Of a stretch of 64,000 nt of DNA, positions 52,201 through 63,609 are shown in pieces. Below the pieces are notes generated by a model. The model did no database searches. It was not told where the DNA came from and saw nothing but the letters and a program-made list of their open reading frames with translations. The DNA comes from Lytechinus pictus (Eukaryota): positions 11,162,001 through 11,226,000 of the forward strand of contig NC_087252.1 of NCBI RefSeq assembly GCF_037042905.1. Reading direction: 5' to 3'. How positions within the stretch are numbered: position 1 is the stretch's first letter; each line of letters opens with the position of its first letter. The position numbers and the translations under genes are program-made.

Positions 52201-55200
52201 ATACGGGGACCGTTGTGTCTAAAAGAGTTGAGTAAGGACTGAGACGAAATCTTTGGGTAATGGTATTTTATACATGAGCGGGTATTATGGGAATGGATAG
52301 AGTGAGCTTGAAAATGAGAATTTGTACATATTCTAAGGGCTTTCTTTTGCAGTTTGTATAAAGATTCTAATTTAGTTTTCCCCACTGCTGCCCAGGTAAT
52401 GGTACAATAATATAAGTATGGTCAAATTAAACAGTTATACAACATAAATAATACATTTTGAGGTAGGGATATACGTAATTTACGGAGGATACCAATGTTT
52501 TTAGATATTTTGTTTACAATATATTGTCGATGGTCCTGGAAAGATAGAGTATCATCAAGAATTATTCCTAAAAATTTAACTGAAGTGCACACATTCAAAT
52601 TAACATGGTTTATAAGTATTCTAATATTATTACAATTATATGGGTGGGATTTTCTATTAAAATATAATACACACGTTTTGTCATTGTTTATAATTAATTC
52701 ATTAGCATCAAACCATTGTATAACATTTTCTAATTCTCTATTTACCTGTAATATTAATCTATTGAAATCTTTATGACGTGCAATTAAGTTGGTATCGTCG
52801 GCAAACAATGTAAAACGAAAAAAGGATGAAGAAGAGCTCAGATCTTTTATATAGATAAAAAAGGAGAGGACCCAGTATCATGAGTATAGAGCCCTGTGGG
52901 ACTCCACACTGGATCCTCTTTCTATCGGAAACAAAATTATTATAACATGTGAAATGGAAACGATTACTCAAATAATTCTTAAACCACTGTAAGGCTACAC
53001 CACGTATACCAAAAATTGTAATTTACAGAGGAGAATATCATGGTTGATAACATCAAACGCTTTAGATAGATCAAGAAATAAGCCTAAATGTATGAACTTT
53101 GTATATTAATTTATTTTGGATGTAATCATGAAGGTCAATTAAGGCATGTGCACAGGAGGATTGTTTTCTAAAACCGTACTGAGAGTCATCAAGGAGATTA
53201 TATTTATTTAAATGATTAAAAACCCTATTGTAAATCAATTTTCTAATATCTTAGAAAAGCTAGGGAGCAAAGTTATAGGGCGATAGTTAGAAAATATATG
53301 GGGATCCCCTTTCTTAAATATTTCAAGAATAATACAATTTTGACATATAAAACATATAAAGTAATATAATATTATTTAAAAAAATATATATTATCGTATT
53401 ATAGATTGCTACAGTCAACGAAACCGACTCCAATCCGAACGATTGTCGATCATTGGTAATAATGGAATAACCTCTGTAGGTCTGGAGTCAGTGATGGGAT
53501 TGTAGCATAAAAGACGGAAAATCAGACATACCCATTGGGTCCTTGCTTGTTTTTGAGATGTAGAACTGACTGGATAAAGCTCTGTAGATGTTGAGTGTCC
53601 CCACTGACCGCTGCAGTGTGTGCTTTGCCGTCCGTTCTGCGTCGCCGGAATCTGGGCTGGGCACCAACGCACCGTACTTCAAAATAATCTATATAAGAAA
53701 AAAAAAAAAAATGTTATTGAGTTCAATATGTAAGGGGATCTTCAGGAACGTCTCACAAAGATTCCCAATCCCTTCAAGGAGACACCTCTAGACCAAAATG
53801 GATGTAAAGAATGCGGGAGAAAAAAAGAGGAAATAATATTTTTTTAAGGGCTGATATACAATCAGGGAATACTCAGCTGTCTCACTTGATTTAAAATTGA
53901 TTGTTTTTCCTTTGTTTTGGTGTTGTGACGAAATGGAATTATGTTTATTTCAAATTGTTCTTGTTGTGAGGCACAAGGTCATCCACCTATTTATATATTT
54001 TTACAGGGATTCAATCTTTTAATTGCATGTTCTTTAAATTGTTTAAGTATAAAATACTGAAGAAGAAGAAGAAGAAAAAAGGGGTAGATGAACATTGAAT
54101 AGAAACTGTGGGGGGGGGGGGGAGAAAAATAGAAAGAACGGCGAAAAAACGAGAATCGTAGAAGGGACCAATATCAGATACTTACATCGATGATCTCAAA
54201 GTTGTTATGGTGGCAAGCTAGAATAATGGGAGTGATTTCAGGATGATAGTCATCTGTTTCTGAACGACAGTTCACTATCGCCATCTGTCGATCCTAAATC
54301 AAACAAAATGAACGAGAAAAAAATTATCATTTAATGTCTAGCCTTTGAATAAATCCGTTTAATCTCTCGTTTTCATAAATAAACACGGCAACAAAAGTAA
54401 GTTCCCCCGAAAGAACCCCATCATGATTATCTTCCAGTGTAACAAATTATTCAAGTTGGAACCAAGCATGGGATAAAACGAGGGTTGTTAGGATCGAAAC
54501 GTGCCCTTTTTTGTTCATGCTGTGCTCATTCGGCCGTCAAGTCACAGATGTCACTAATTATCAATAATCTCATTTCGAACAACCCTAGCTATATCCCTGC
54601 TTGATTTCAACTTGATTAATTTCTATTTACAAAACGAAAATTATTGGTAAACAAAAGTAGACACAGTTTGATCTTGACTGTCGTACAAAAAGACGGGCCA
54701 AGAAATTTCACGATTTGGGTTGTGTATTAAGCATTTTATGGAGTTTACCTCACTGAGTGCTTTATGATTTTTGGTTTTAAATATGATAAATTGTGTATGG
54801 TTGGAAGAGGTATGTTGGTAGAATAGTTTTTTAATCGGTATATAATAATGCATAATACAAATTGAATTGTTATTTCACGTTGGACCACTGATATATAACA
54901 GTGAGTCAATAACATGTTTCAAAATAAATGGTCAAGTCCACCAAAACAAAAATTTGATTGGAACAAATAGAGGAAACAGACAAACAAAATAATATCACTG
55001 CAAATCTCATTAAAAAAAGTGGTTGTAAAATAAGAAGAATAAGGTATTTTAAAGTTCGTTTCACAAAAAAAATATGTGCATGCTGCTCGGCATGACAATG
55101 GGGAAACGATATCAGGTATTCTCTATTTCTTTTTTAAATTTATAATATGTGAAAAAATAAATTTGATAATAAAGAGGGTTCCATACGTACAGTGAATTTA

Positions 55201-58200
55201 CATGTTCCGTGAATTATTTGAGGATATATCAGAAATAATTCCCGATGGGGGAAAATAACGTGCTAAATTCATCATTTCCATGTCTTACAATCACTGCTTT
55301 GTGTAAGAAAGTGGAACCTAAAACATCGTACGTTTCCTATGTTACATTCGACCTTGATGAATGCTTGTCAAACTTTCTCCATTTATTATAACCAAAGTTT
55401 TGTTTTCTTTAACTTTGGAGTCGAAATTCAGTTGTGTGTGACGAGGGCATATAATCCTTCGGGTGGGCAACTGGGTCTTCAGTTTGCTCCGAAGTCATTG
55501 TTAAGGCTTATTTCTGGTTAGTTATAATGATTTAGACATATTGCTTGATAGACCAGTGTTATATATAAGAAGAAGTGTAAGAGCAATTACATTCATTTAT
55601 TTAGTTATTTCCTCTTTAAGGATATTCATAGCATAGAATGATTAAGAATATTGCAGAATGTCTCAGTAAAGCTTTGTTAGACATGAGTAATCTTTGAGTA
55701 CTCTTTGTTATATTTTAATAGAGATTGCTACACAATAGGATTCCCAGTGGTAGTGGAAATGAACAATAGGATTAGCTTTGTTGTTTACAATTGTTAATTT
55801 CACTGAGGTCATTCAAGAGTCTTCTAGAATTTGAATGATCCAGAAAGGAGGAGAATGTTCTCTTTGTAGACAATACTAGAAGCTTCCAGAATAGTAAATA
55901 ATAGAAGCTTCCAGAATAGTGAATAATTTATATATAGGCTGGCAGTTTCTTCAAGGAGATCACCACATCAGATCAGAACTCAGAGTTTCACACCAGACTT
56001 AATGTCAGAGCAGAGTTTATTTCCACCTGGAATATTTATCTTGTGTGAAATTTTGCACGCCATCAATGAACTGTTTGCAGTTTCTTTGAGAGAGAAATTC
56101 TCAGTTCTCATCGAGATCATCAAGCTGTTTTAATGAACGCTTTTCAACCCATGGATTGCTGAAATTGATTGTTAATCATCATCAACATCGTCTTTACGGA
56201 CACTTCAACTCGTTACAGTGACTCTTTTGTTATTCATTGTGCTTCAACATCAGTTTCATCATCGCCATTATTGTGAACTTTAATTTACGGAATCTTCGCC
56301 AACCAACTTGGATTTTATTTGGATCTAATATCATAACCTTGGATTGCACATCTAAATCTTCAAGACATGTAAGATGTTTTGTTTTTATTTTGTTGATTGA
56401 TCTACATGTATTTCCTGTAATAAAAAAAGAAAATAAAATTTAAAACTAAATTTTCATTGTTATTTGTTGCAGTATCGTAACACCAGTCTTACATAATTTT
56501 AGTCGTAGACAAAAAAATAGTTATGACTGTTATGAGAAAAGTTTCGCTTACCCCAAAAGATTCCGAGTGCTTGAGTATCAGCTTCACTGCCTCGAAGAAC
56601 TGAGTATCCACAGCGCGGAGTAGCGAATCGCCGATGGCTACATTACTCTTTAGAAGTAGTTTCAGGATCACTAAGACAAATAATTAAAAAAATAAACCAG
56701 GAATAACGTTAGTTAATTTGATACTGGGTCGTGGGAAGTGTAATGGAAAGGGTCGTGGTGTAGTAGTTTGGCCTCGCACTCAGGATTCCGGGTCATGTGT
56801 TCGAATCTCATGTAAGCACTAGCGTTCTTCAGCAATGTACACCCTGGTATAAAAATGGGCACCAGGGTCCCGTCTTACAAAGAGTTGCGATTGATCCGAT
56901 CAACGACAACTATGGACGGCCAGCCACGTCAACATCCAAAATGGAAATTTGTTCAAAATATTTTCTAGATATGATGTTAAAAGTCATACATTCAGAATTT
57001 TCAGTGAAAATTCAGTGTGCTTTTGTTTTGCTTACAACGGACATTGTGTAAATTTCCCGGATAAAAAATTATGACATTGTTGGATTTCCATATTTTTGAG
57101 TTGTTTGGATCAATCATAACTTTGTGCAAGACAGGGCCCTGGTATAGAATGTGAATCAACTATGCTCTGCCATATGAAGAGGGCATACCGTGCAGATTAT
57201 TAAAGCAAAACAAATGTCAGGGCATCTCTGTTCAACTGTATTCGGGCCTACCATTCTTCATCGTAACAAAATTAATGTAAATAATCATTTTTTTCAAGAT
57301 TTCCCTTGAAAACCTGCTGCTTTTTGCATGTTTTAAACAGTTCTGTGGCGCCATACGGATGTTCAATTGTTTCTTGAACTGTTGAACATATATATATCAA
57401 TTTAGCATTTATTCAATACAAATAAAACATAAAAATATGATACAACCATGTCCGAAGCTAGCCCTGAACTGAACATCAAATATAAGAATACATTGATCAT
57501 GGAGCTATAATAGCTCTATACATTGATGATACAGAACAGTATAAGCACAAGATCTTGAAATGATCAAACTTACAATACAGCATTGGCGTTTTCATGATCA
57601 CCACACTTGATAAACAAAGTACATTGCATCAGATTTAAATACAAATTAAGTTGATTAGATAAATTTCAAAATAAGAAATATAGCTGAAAATTAGTAATGA
57701 CCAAATGATTTTTTTAGAACACCATTACAACATCATTAGTTATTTATTGTACACTGTTGGTCATAAAGGTGGAATAAAATATTTTTGAATAAAAATCGAC
57801 AGTTTTTGTTGGTATTTGAAAGGCTACGCGTAGACAAAATGGTAATTGAGTGATTACATAATGTTTCCCCATTACACAGGTGACATTATAACATGAGAAA
57901 TTTGGATTACGTAATAAATTATTTTGTTGTAGACTATAAAATCCTATGCATATGATTTTCTGTCCCTTTCCCTGATTTAGCACTATGTATAAGAAGGTTG
58001 CATTTTTTTCGAGTTCCTTGTACGGTTTGAAATAAAAATCGGTAGAGACGTTCCCTGGACTGTGCCTGGTCCAACAGCAACACGCGAGAGAGTGGTAGCA
58101 CTGCGACAGGAGGGCTACAAGCAGACTGATATCGCAGAAGTCCTAGGGATATCACAGAGTGCAGTCTCTAAGATCCTGAAACGTCAACGTGAGGCGGGGA

Positions 58201-59819
58201 ATGTGCGGCCACGGAAATATCCAGGACGTCCCAGATTGACCACAAGAAGAGATGATCGCCAACTGTTGAATTTCAGCCGCAGAAACCGGAAATTGCCCAC
58301 GAGCAGTCTTCGTCGCTTGTGGAGGAGATATCATGGGATCAACGTTTCCCGATCAACCGTTAATTGCAGATTGCTCCAACATGGTTACCGAGCACGACGG
58401 TTGACCAAATGTCCACGCCTGTCTGTTCGCCACAGAGTAGCTCGTCTTCTTTGGGCTAGGGAGCACAGAAGGCTTCATCCAAGACATTGGCAACATGTGG
58501 TCTTCACGGACGAGAGCCGGTTCATCCTCGACCGAAAGGATGGGAGACAATGAGTTCGTCGATTAGCCGGGGAAAACCTTCGCGATGAATGTATCCACGA
58601 GACGACTCAAGGCGGAGGCGGAGTCCCACTGTCTTCCATATGCAAGACGAGTGTATGGGCACAATTTCCGACTGCAGGATGACAACGCTAGACCGCACAG
58701 GGCCGCTGCAGTAAGGGAATTCCTGGAGGCAGAGGGCGTCGTACAGTTGCCATGGCCAGCTTGTTCGCCGGATATGAACCACATAGAGCATGCATGGGCT
58801 GCCCTAGGCCGAGCCATCAACAACAGAGAGGTCATTCCTCAAAATCTGCAGGAGTTGGCAGATGCTCTGAGGGAAGAATGGGACGCTGTGCCTGTTGACG
58901 TCATCAACAAGCTAGTGGACAGCATGCCACGACGTCTGTATGCGCTGGTTCGTGCCAGGGGTGGACATACCCGATACTAGTGACTGAGTAAGAACAAAGA
59001 CTCAGGTTTGATGCTAATTTGTCCATGAAATCACAAAAAAGAAGTCATCTGGAAAACTGAGAGAGGTTGAAAATAAATATCTCATGATCCTTTAATTTAC
59101 TGTATATTGTCGTCATTGTTGTTCTAGGCTCATGACATCCATCGCTTAGGACATAAACTTGTAAAATATCACTGTCAAACGTGTGTAAAAGGCAGAATAC
59201 TAAAGTAAAGTGATTATCATGCACCATAAATGCCATATTCAAATCATGTTGTAATAATTACGCTGTGAAAATTTGGTGAAAAAAAAACATTCCACCTTTA
59301 TGACCAACAGTGTATGTTTTCAGTGTGTATTTTAACTCGGTGACCCCTATTCATACGCTCTGCTTTCTCCGGTGTCACCAAATTTTTTTTGCTCTTTTGC
59401 TAGTGTATTCTTTTTGTATTTATATTGATATTCAATTTGTTTGACGATAATTACGTGTAATGTTGGTATGTATCTGTGCAACTGTATTGTAACTGATGAT
59501 GGTTAAATAAATACATTGAAAAAAAAATAGATAGGTTAATAAATAGATCAATAAGTACTTAGATAGATAAATTTTAAAATAATGAATAAAAAGATATATA
59601 CTTAAATACCTAAACTTAAAAAAAGTAAATGAAAAAAAAAATGAACTTACGAAGGTTCCCTCGGGTGATGGCCACAGCAATCGCAGTTCTTCCGTTCCTA
59701 TCCGTGCAGTTAACATCGAGAGGTTGGGTTTCGATCCTGTCTAGGGCGTCTTCGACAAAAGATACATCGCCGTCCCTAACGGCGGCCAAAAACCGCTCCT
59801 CGTGGGTGAACGCCGACAT
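36602..59819 (-). CDS. TRPC-like cation channel gene B, complete (17 coding exons, 925 aa)
   Basis: Exons 59651-59819, 56552-56670, 54186-54293, 53532-53688, 51422-51561, 49935-50042, 49188-49375, 48302-48459, 47686-47825, 45773-45980, 44491-44633, 43756-43958, 42842-43043, 42251-42421, 40795-40836, 39010-39131 and 36602-37001 sum to 2778 nt in frame. Ankyrins, FVAHPHCQQ, GPLQISLG, pore LFWALFG, S6 LNALIAMMSNTY, TRP box EWKYAR, PPPFN and coiled coil DIAVFRYE are all present. Confidence 0.93.
37128..37946. mobile_element. Tc1/mariner-type MITE, copy 2
   Basis: Same family as 31815-32590, TA flanks. Confidence 0.88.
37975..38505. mobile_element. Truncated Tc1-like MITE (right TIR kept)
   Basis: GGGTATATGTAAGCTTTTGGCATCAACTG-TA; body matches 21047-21437. 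Confidence 0.7.
39010..39131 (-). CDS. gene B exon 16 (VTVKQLVDRYI...DIAVFR)
   Basis: TRPC rib helix / coiled-coil motif; AAG/GTTAG. Confidence 0.88.
39165..40575 (+). mobile_element. Decayed 5'-truncated LINE (CR1/L2-group reverse transcriptase)
   Basis: FVDLQKAFDMVDH, GVPQGSLLG.LLFIIFINDI, degenerate YADDT, ILLPHFDYGDVIW; many stops and frameshifts. Confidence 0.85.
40795..40836 (-). CDS. gene B exon 15, 42-nt small exon (GNSKKRDRSQEEYT)
   Basis: CAG/GTAAGT, phase 0-0; supplies the Tyr before the Y...KQLVDRY helix. Confidence 0.7.
42251..42421 (-). CDS. gene B exon 14 (TRP box EWKYAR, PPPFN)
   Basis: CAG acceptor; GTACGT donor. Confidence 0.88.
42842..43043 (-). CDS. gene B exon 13 (pore helix LFW, S6)
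   Basis: LFWALFG...LNALIAMMSNTY; CAG/GTAAG. Confidence 0.94.
43756..43958 (-). CDS. gene B exon 12 (S4-S5 linker, S5, Cys-pair loop)
   Basis: GPLQISLGGMLFDIVKF...GLNQIY; CAG/GTAAC. Confidence 0.93.
44491..44633 (-). CDS. gene B exon 11 (S4: DHPSVLADAFFAVATVIAFLRL)
   Basis: TRPC S4 motif; CAG/GTACG. Confidence 0.9.
45773..45980 (-). CDS. gene B exon 10 (S3-S4 extracellular insert)
   Basis: TREPAVDSIARRDIDLDQ...CNET; CAG/GTAAGT; GC-rich coding-like; needed to keep the phase. Confidence 0.85.
47240..47518. repeat. Degenerate ~20-bp minisatellite (TAGAC.AAATGG) element
   Basis: About ten units at ~20-bp spacing. Confidence 0.65.
47686..47825 (-). CDS. gene B exon 9 (S2-S3: MTWAAVIGIYRQG...VAYLQ)
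   Basis: CAG/GTAAG, phase-consistent; not in the ORF track. Confidence 0.88.
48302..48459 (-). CDS. gene B exon 8 (S1-S2)
   Basis: FVKFLM...FLIFLL...AWLV; CAG/GTAAG. Confidence 0.9.
49188..49375 (-). CDS. gene B exon 7 (FVAHPHCQQLL...)
   Basis: Hallmark motif; CAG/GTAAG. Confidence 0.93.
49678..49908. mobile_element. CACTG-ended MITE, diverged
   Basis: TA-CACTGCAAAAAT...GGTGTT / AACACC...ATTTTTACGGTG-TA. Confidence 0.6.
49935..50042 (-). CDS. gene B exon 6 (LNKIMT...AISYTQKK)
   Basis: CAG/GTAGT, phase 0. Confidence 0.88.
50134..50665. mobile_element. Two adjacent Harbinger-like MITEs
   Basis: CCCGTCTTACAAAGAG...GATTGATC termini; third copy at 56865-57142. Confidence 0.7.
51422..51561 (-). 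CDS. gene B exon 5 (DAFLLC...EYEFRAEYLEL...LLGQARDSKE)
   Basis: TRPC conserved helices; AAG/GTGCG. Confidence 0.9.
51874..53325 (-). mobile_element. Decayed 5'-truncated LINE (CR1/L2-group reverse transcriptase)
   Basis: NYRPITLLPSFSKILE, FLDLSKAFDVINH, GVPQGSIL, FADDTN, VKFLGIILD; 3' AATAAAATTGAATTGAA tail; frameshifted. Confidence 0.88.
53532..53688 (-). CDS. gene B exon 4 (TRP_2-like region)
   Basis: LQRSVGTLNIYRALSSQFYI...DPM; TAG/GTATG. Confidence 0.9.
54186..54293 (-). CDS. gene B exon 3 (DRQMAIVNCRSETDDYHPEITPIILACHHNNFEIID)
   Basis: TRPC ITPIILA.H.NN.EI motif; TAG/GTAAG. Confidence 0.92.
55437..56482 (+). mobile_element. Probable solo LTR
   Basis: TGTGACGA...TCGTAACA inverted termini, TATA-like run near 55930, AATAAA near 56432; no clear TSD. 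Confidence 0.5.
56552..56670 (-). CDS. gene B exon 2 (ILKLLL...GDSLLRAVD...SESFG)
   Basis: Ankyrin motif; TAG/GTAAG. Confidence 0.9.
56865..57142. mobile_element. Harbinger-like MITE
   Basis: CAGGGTCCCGTCTTACAAAG ... TTTGTGCAAGACAGGGCCCTG. Confidence 0.7.
57752..59312 (+). mobile_element. Tc1-family DNA transposon, full-length but inactivated
   Basis: 24-bp perfect TIRs CACTGTTGGTCATAAAGGTGGAAT, TA target duplication, internal transposase. Confidence 0.95.
58062..58980 (+). pseudogene. Tc1 transposase pseudogene (DD34E)
   Basis: HTH region, GRPR, FTDESRF, QDDNARPH-(34)-SPDMNHIEHAW. GTG in place of a start ATG, in-frame TGA at 58551, and a frameshifting deletion near 58620 that removes the VMVW segment. 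Confidence 0.92.
59651..59819 (-). CDS. gene B coding exon 1 (MSAFTHEERFLAAVRDGD...RGNL)
   Basis: ATG at 59819; likely acceptor at 59872-59874; GTAAGT donor. Confidence 0.88.
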
Positions 59820-59955
59820 GTCTTCGGGCTTGGTTTTTTTATGCGTACGTGCGTAACGGAGAGAAACTTGCCTGTTTGACAAAAAATGTTGACACAGAAA
59901 TAGGATGAGTTAGATAATGAAAATGAATTAATCTATTGATAATTTGGGATACATA

Positions 59956-60148
59956 CACTCTAAGAACACTGAGAAAGATATTACATAATATTGGGTAGAA
60001 AGGGAACATGCATGTTTGCTGTGTATTTTTTTTAACCCCATATTGGGCTATTTTAACGCAACATTGCGTAAAATTTTACCCAATCTATTTATCCAACCAA
60101 CATGAATGTTCCCATTTTATCCTATACTGGGTAAACCTTTGAAGAGTG
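59956..60148. mobile_element. CACTCT-ended MITE
   Basis: TA-CACTCT ... AGAGTG-TA; internal GGGAACATGCATGTT/AACATGAATGTTCCC inverted pair. Confidence 0.55.
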
Positions 60149-60151
60149 TAT

Positions 60152-60968
60152 AAGAGTTTAGTTGCAAAAGGGGTTAGGTCCACTTTGGACCATTCCGAGA
60201 AAACCCATGTTTTTTTATTATCACTTATTGCAATATTCTTACGAGAAACTAAATTGTCATGTACTACCCTATCATGTGAACATAAAATTGGGTATAAACG
60301 AAATCTACCTGTCTTCAATTTTTTCTATATATTAAAAAAAAAAATTATCATTGTGGACCTAACCCCTTTTGCAAGTAAACTGAAATGAATCCAATCTCTT
60401 TTGATTAAAAAAGTGATTTTTCTTTGCCACTTTCATTCACGTTTTCATTTGAATTTCAAATTGTCTTTGGTATCATCAGAGTGACTAAAAATTTAGGGGT
60501 TTAGAGACAGAAAACAATAAAATTTATGAAAAATTGACCTAACCCCTTTTGCCATATGAGTTCTTCAGAAGAGTTTGGTTGCAAAAGGGGTTAGGTCCAC
60601 TCCAAGAAAATCATATTTTTAATTCTCCCATATTGCAATACTCTTATGCGAAAATAAATTTTCATGATACCCTACCATGAGAACATAAAATTGGGTATCA
60701 GAGAAATCTATCTGTCTTCATATTTTTTAAGATATTCTTTTCCAAAAAAATTCTGCGTGGACCTAACCCTTTTGCAACTAAACTGAAATGGACTTAACCC
60801 CTTTTGAAAAAAAAGAGATTTTTCTTTGCCATTTTAGTTCACTTTTTAATAGGAATTTTAACTTTTCTTTGGTATCATCTTATAGAGCTCCTAAAAATCT
60901 ATACATTGAGACATAAAAATCAAATTTGATGAATAATTGACCTAACCCCTTTTTCAAGTGAGCTCTTC
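60152..60968. mobile_element. Head-to-tail dimer of a ~410-bp TIR element
   Basis: Two units (60152-60566, 60568-60968), each GAAGAG..GCAAAAGGGGTTAGGTC ... GACCTAACCCCTTTT..CTCTTC. Confidence 0.75.
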
Positions 60969-62510
60969 ATTTATAGAATTAACAATTAATTTAGTTTTTA
61001 ATTATCTATCATTGTTTGGAACTACTGGGATACAGGGTGTCGGTGCCATTACTGCCCCCCCCCCCCACCACCACCTCAAATAAATACAAAATCAAGACAA
61101 AGAGGAAAACGAAAGAAAAGTAATAGTTTTCTGTTTTTGTCTCATAATCTATCACAAAATCAGATTTTCATTTTCAAAATGTCAACATTTATGGTAGCTC
61201 GCTTCACTCATTTGATATTAAAGAATATGACGGAGATATTAATGTAAAGATGAATTCATTATTTCATTATTTTTTTGTTTTCGAATGTTAAGTCATCGTT
61301 GATATATAGGAATATGTTTGATCAGGTGGCACTAGAGCACTATTCATTCATTATGAATTAGAGTAAATAAATCGTTTGAACGAAACATGCAAGCTAAGCA
61401 CGTTTCAAATATGAATAACACATTAATGTCTATTTCTAATGTAAAATAGTGAGATGTGAGAGTATGTTAAAAGGCATTGTCGGGGGCGCGAGCGAGCGAG
61501 ACGAGAGGACGAAAGATGGGGATGAAAATAATGTAAGTGGGAAGGGTGAGTAAAAGACAAAGGTGTGTATTGGTTATTGACCTGAAAACGGTACATGGTG
61601 GAAAAATGATTCTGAATTAGATATACAATATAAGGAAATAGTGATCTTAATAATAATTAAACAAAAATTATATACAAAGGGGCCATTTTCAGCAATGACA
61701 CAATGCATAACCCTTTGCTTCTTAGAATTAAGCCACTCAAATTATTTGTCTTGCTAATTTCAATATTTAAATACACCATGTACACATAAGTTGCTGATTT
61801 GCAAACACTCTAACATTGTAGACTCTTGGGCAAATTTTTTTTTTCCGTGGATGGTATTCCGAAGTACCCCAATAGAAATGAATATTACCTCTAAACTCTA
61901 TTCAATTCAAGGTTTATGTCGATCTGAAAATGGAAATGACACCATCGGGGAAACATTCCATGGAGTAATATTAAATTGATACAAAGTTGCTCTTAGCCAA
62001 TCTGAAGCAAGCATTACGGTGGCTTTTAACATTTCTAAGTGGAAATCACTAACAAATATTTTCATGAAAATGCTCTTGATGAACTCATATTCTATGTTTG
62101 AAATTACTAATGTATATTTTGGAATGTCTTTGTGTCGGGAGAGTAGGTCATGATATCTTACCTCCGTGAGTCATAGTGACTTTGCACAAACCTTGACCAA
62201 ACAATTCGACAACGAAGACATTCAAATTGGATATTATTACATAGACAATCATGCAAAAGAAATAATTTGAAAGACAAAGATAAAATCATAATTCTGGATA
62301 AATTCAGAATAACATTATTCATCTTGATCGTATAGACACAAAGAGTCTGAATGTTATCGAAAACAATATCTGTAAGCAGTAATTGAATTTTAAGGGGTGA
62401 TACGGCATAACGGGCTAACGCTGTTACCGCTTCCTTTGATATTTTATTTTTTTAATTCCAGATGTAAAATTTGTTGTCATCTCAACATTTTTCTCTGTCC
62501 TCATCTTAAA

Positions 62511-63106
62511 GGGGATACTCCAGGCTGAAAATGTTATGAGTTGATCAGATAAAGAAAAATCAAGCAAACACAACACTGAAAATTTCATAAAAATAGGAAA
62601 AGGAATAACGAAGTTATGACATTTAAAAATTTGAATTATTTCAGTGAAACAGTTCTATGCATGTCTTTATGAGTAATCAACGAGCAAACTAATGATGTCA
62701 AATCTCCTCTTGCTCTTTTATATTTTATGATATGAATTTATATTTATTCAAATTATGTCCTACAAGAACTAAGCAAAAAATGGATTGGCAATGCATACAG
62801 TGCATTAGATAACTGCTGTAACCTCGTTTATCATAAGGGAGACACATCATACACACATATATATAAATATGAAATAATGATATTTCATGTAATAACATAA
62901 GGACAATGGGAGTGTGACAGTCATCATCTGTCCACATATTATGAATAATCATGAGAAAGTACATATAACTGTTTTTACAAAATATTACTGAAGCGAAAAA
63001 TTCAATTACTTATTTATGAACAAATTTTGATGAAATTTTCACCATTTTGCTTTGTGAATCATACTCTGTTTATTTAGATGTAATCATTTTCAACCCAGAA
63101 TACCCC
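62511..63106. mobile_element. TTAA-flanked MITE, diverged relative of the 17925 family
   Basis: TTAA-AGGGGATACTCCAGGCTGAAAA ... TTTTCAACCCAGAATACCCCT-TTAA. Confidence 0.75.
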
Positions 63107-63537
63107 TTTAAGCACGATCACCTCAAATATTTATTGATGTGATCATATCTTGAACATCCTCTCTTGTAATCTCTTATAATCAGATAATCGTCAAACCTTG
63201 TCATCACCACTGTAACCATCGCCCTCCTCGTCTTCAGCATCGTCATCATCATATTTCTTACAACATAATTGTTTCTAGATCACTCGTATCATTATTTTAA
63301 GGGTTCACCTCTATGCAAAATATAATATTTTAAAAATATGTCATATTAATTCAATCTTGTTGGTTTTTTTGTTTTGTTTTGGTGGACCAGTTGGTTTTTC
63401 ATAAAATATATAATATCCCATCATACTAACAGTATCCATCTCTAGGAAGAACAAAGCCAGTTCCGTAAATCCTCCGTATCTCTTTAAGTTTTTTTAAATC
63501 ATGAAAATATTTCCGGTTATTCTTCATTTTTGTACAT

Positions 63538-63609
63538 TGTATAATATTGTTTCAATTCTAATGTATAATATTGTTTCAATTCTGATGTATAATATTGTTT
63601 TAATTCTAA
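63538..63609. repeat. 3 x 24-bp tandem repeat
   Basis: TGTATAATATTGTTTCAATTCTAA three times. Confidence 0.85.

Noticed and set aside
58551..58553. UGA readthrough by the UCA tRNA rescuing the transposase
   Set aside because: A frameshifting deletion in the catalytic domain follows, so readthrough could not restore function.
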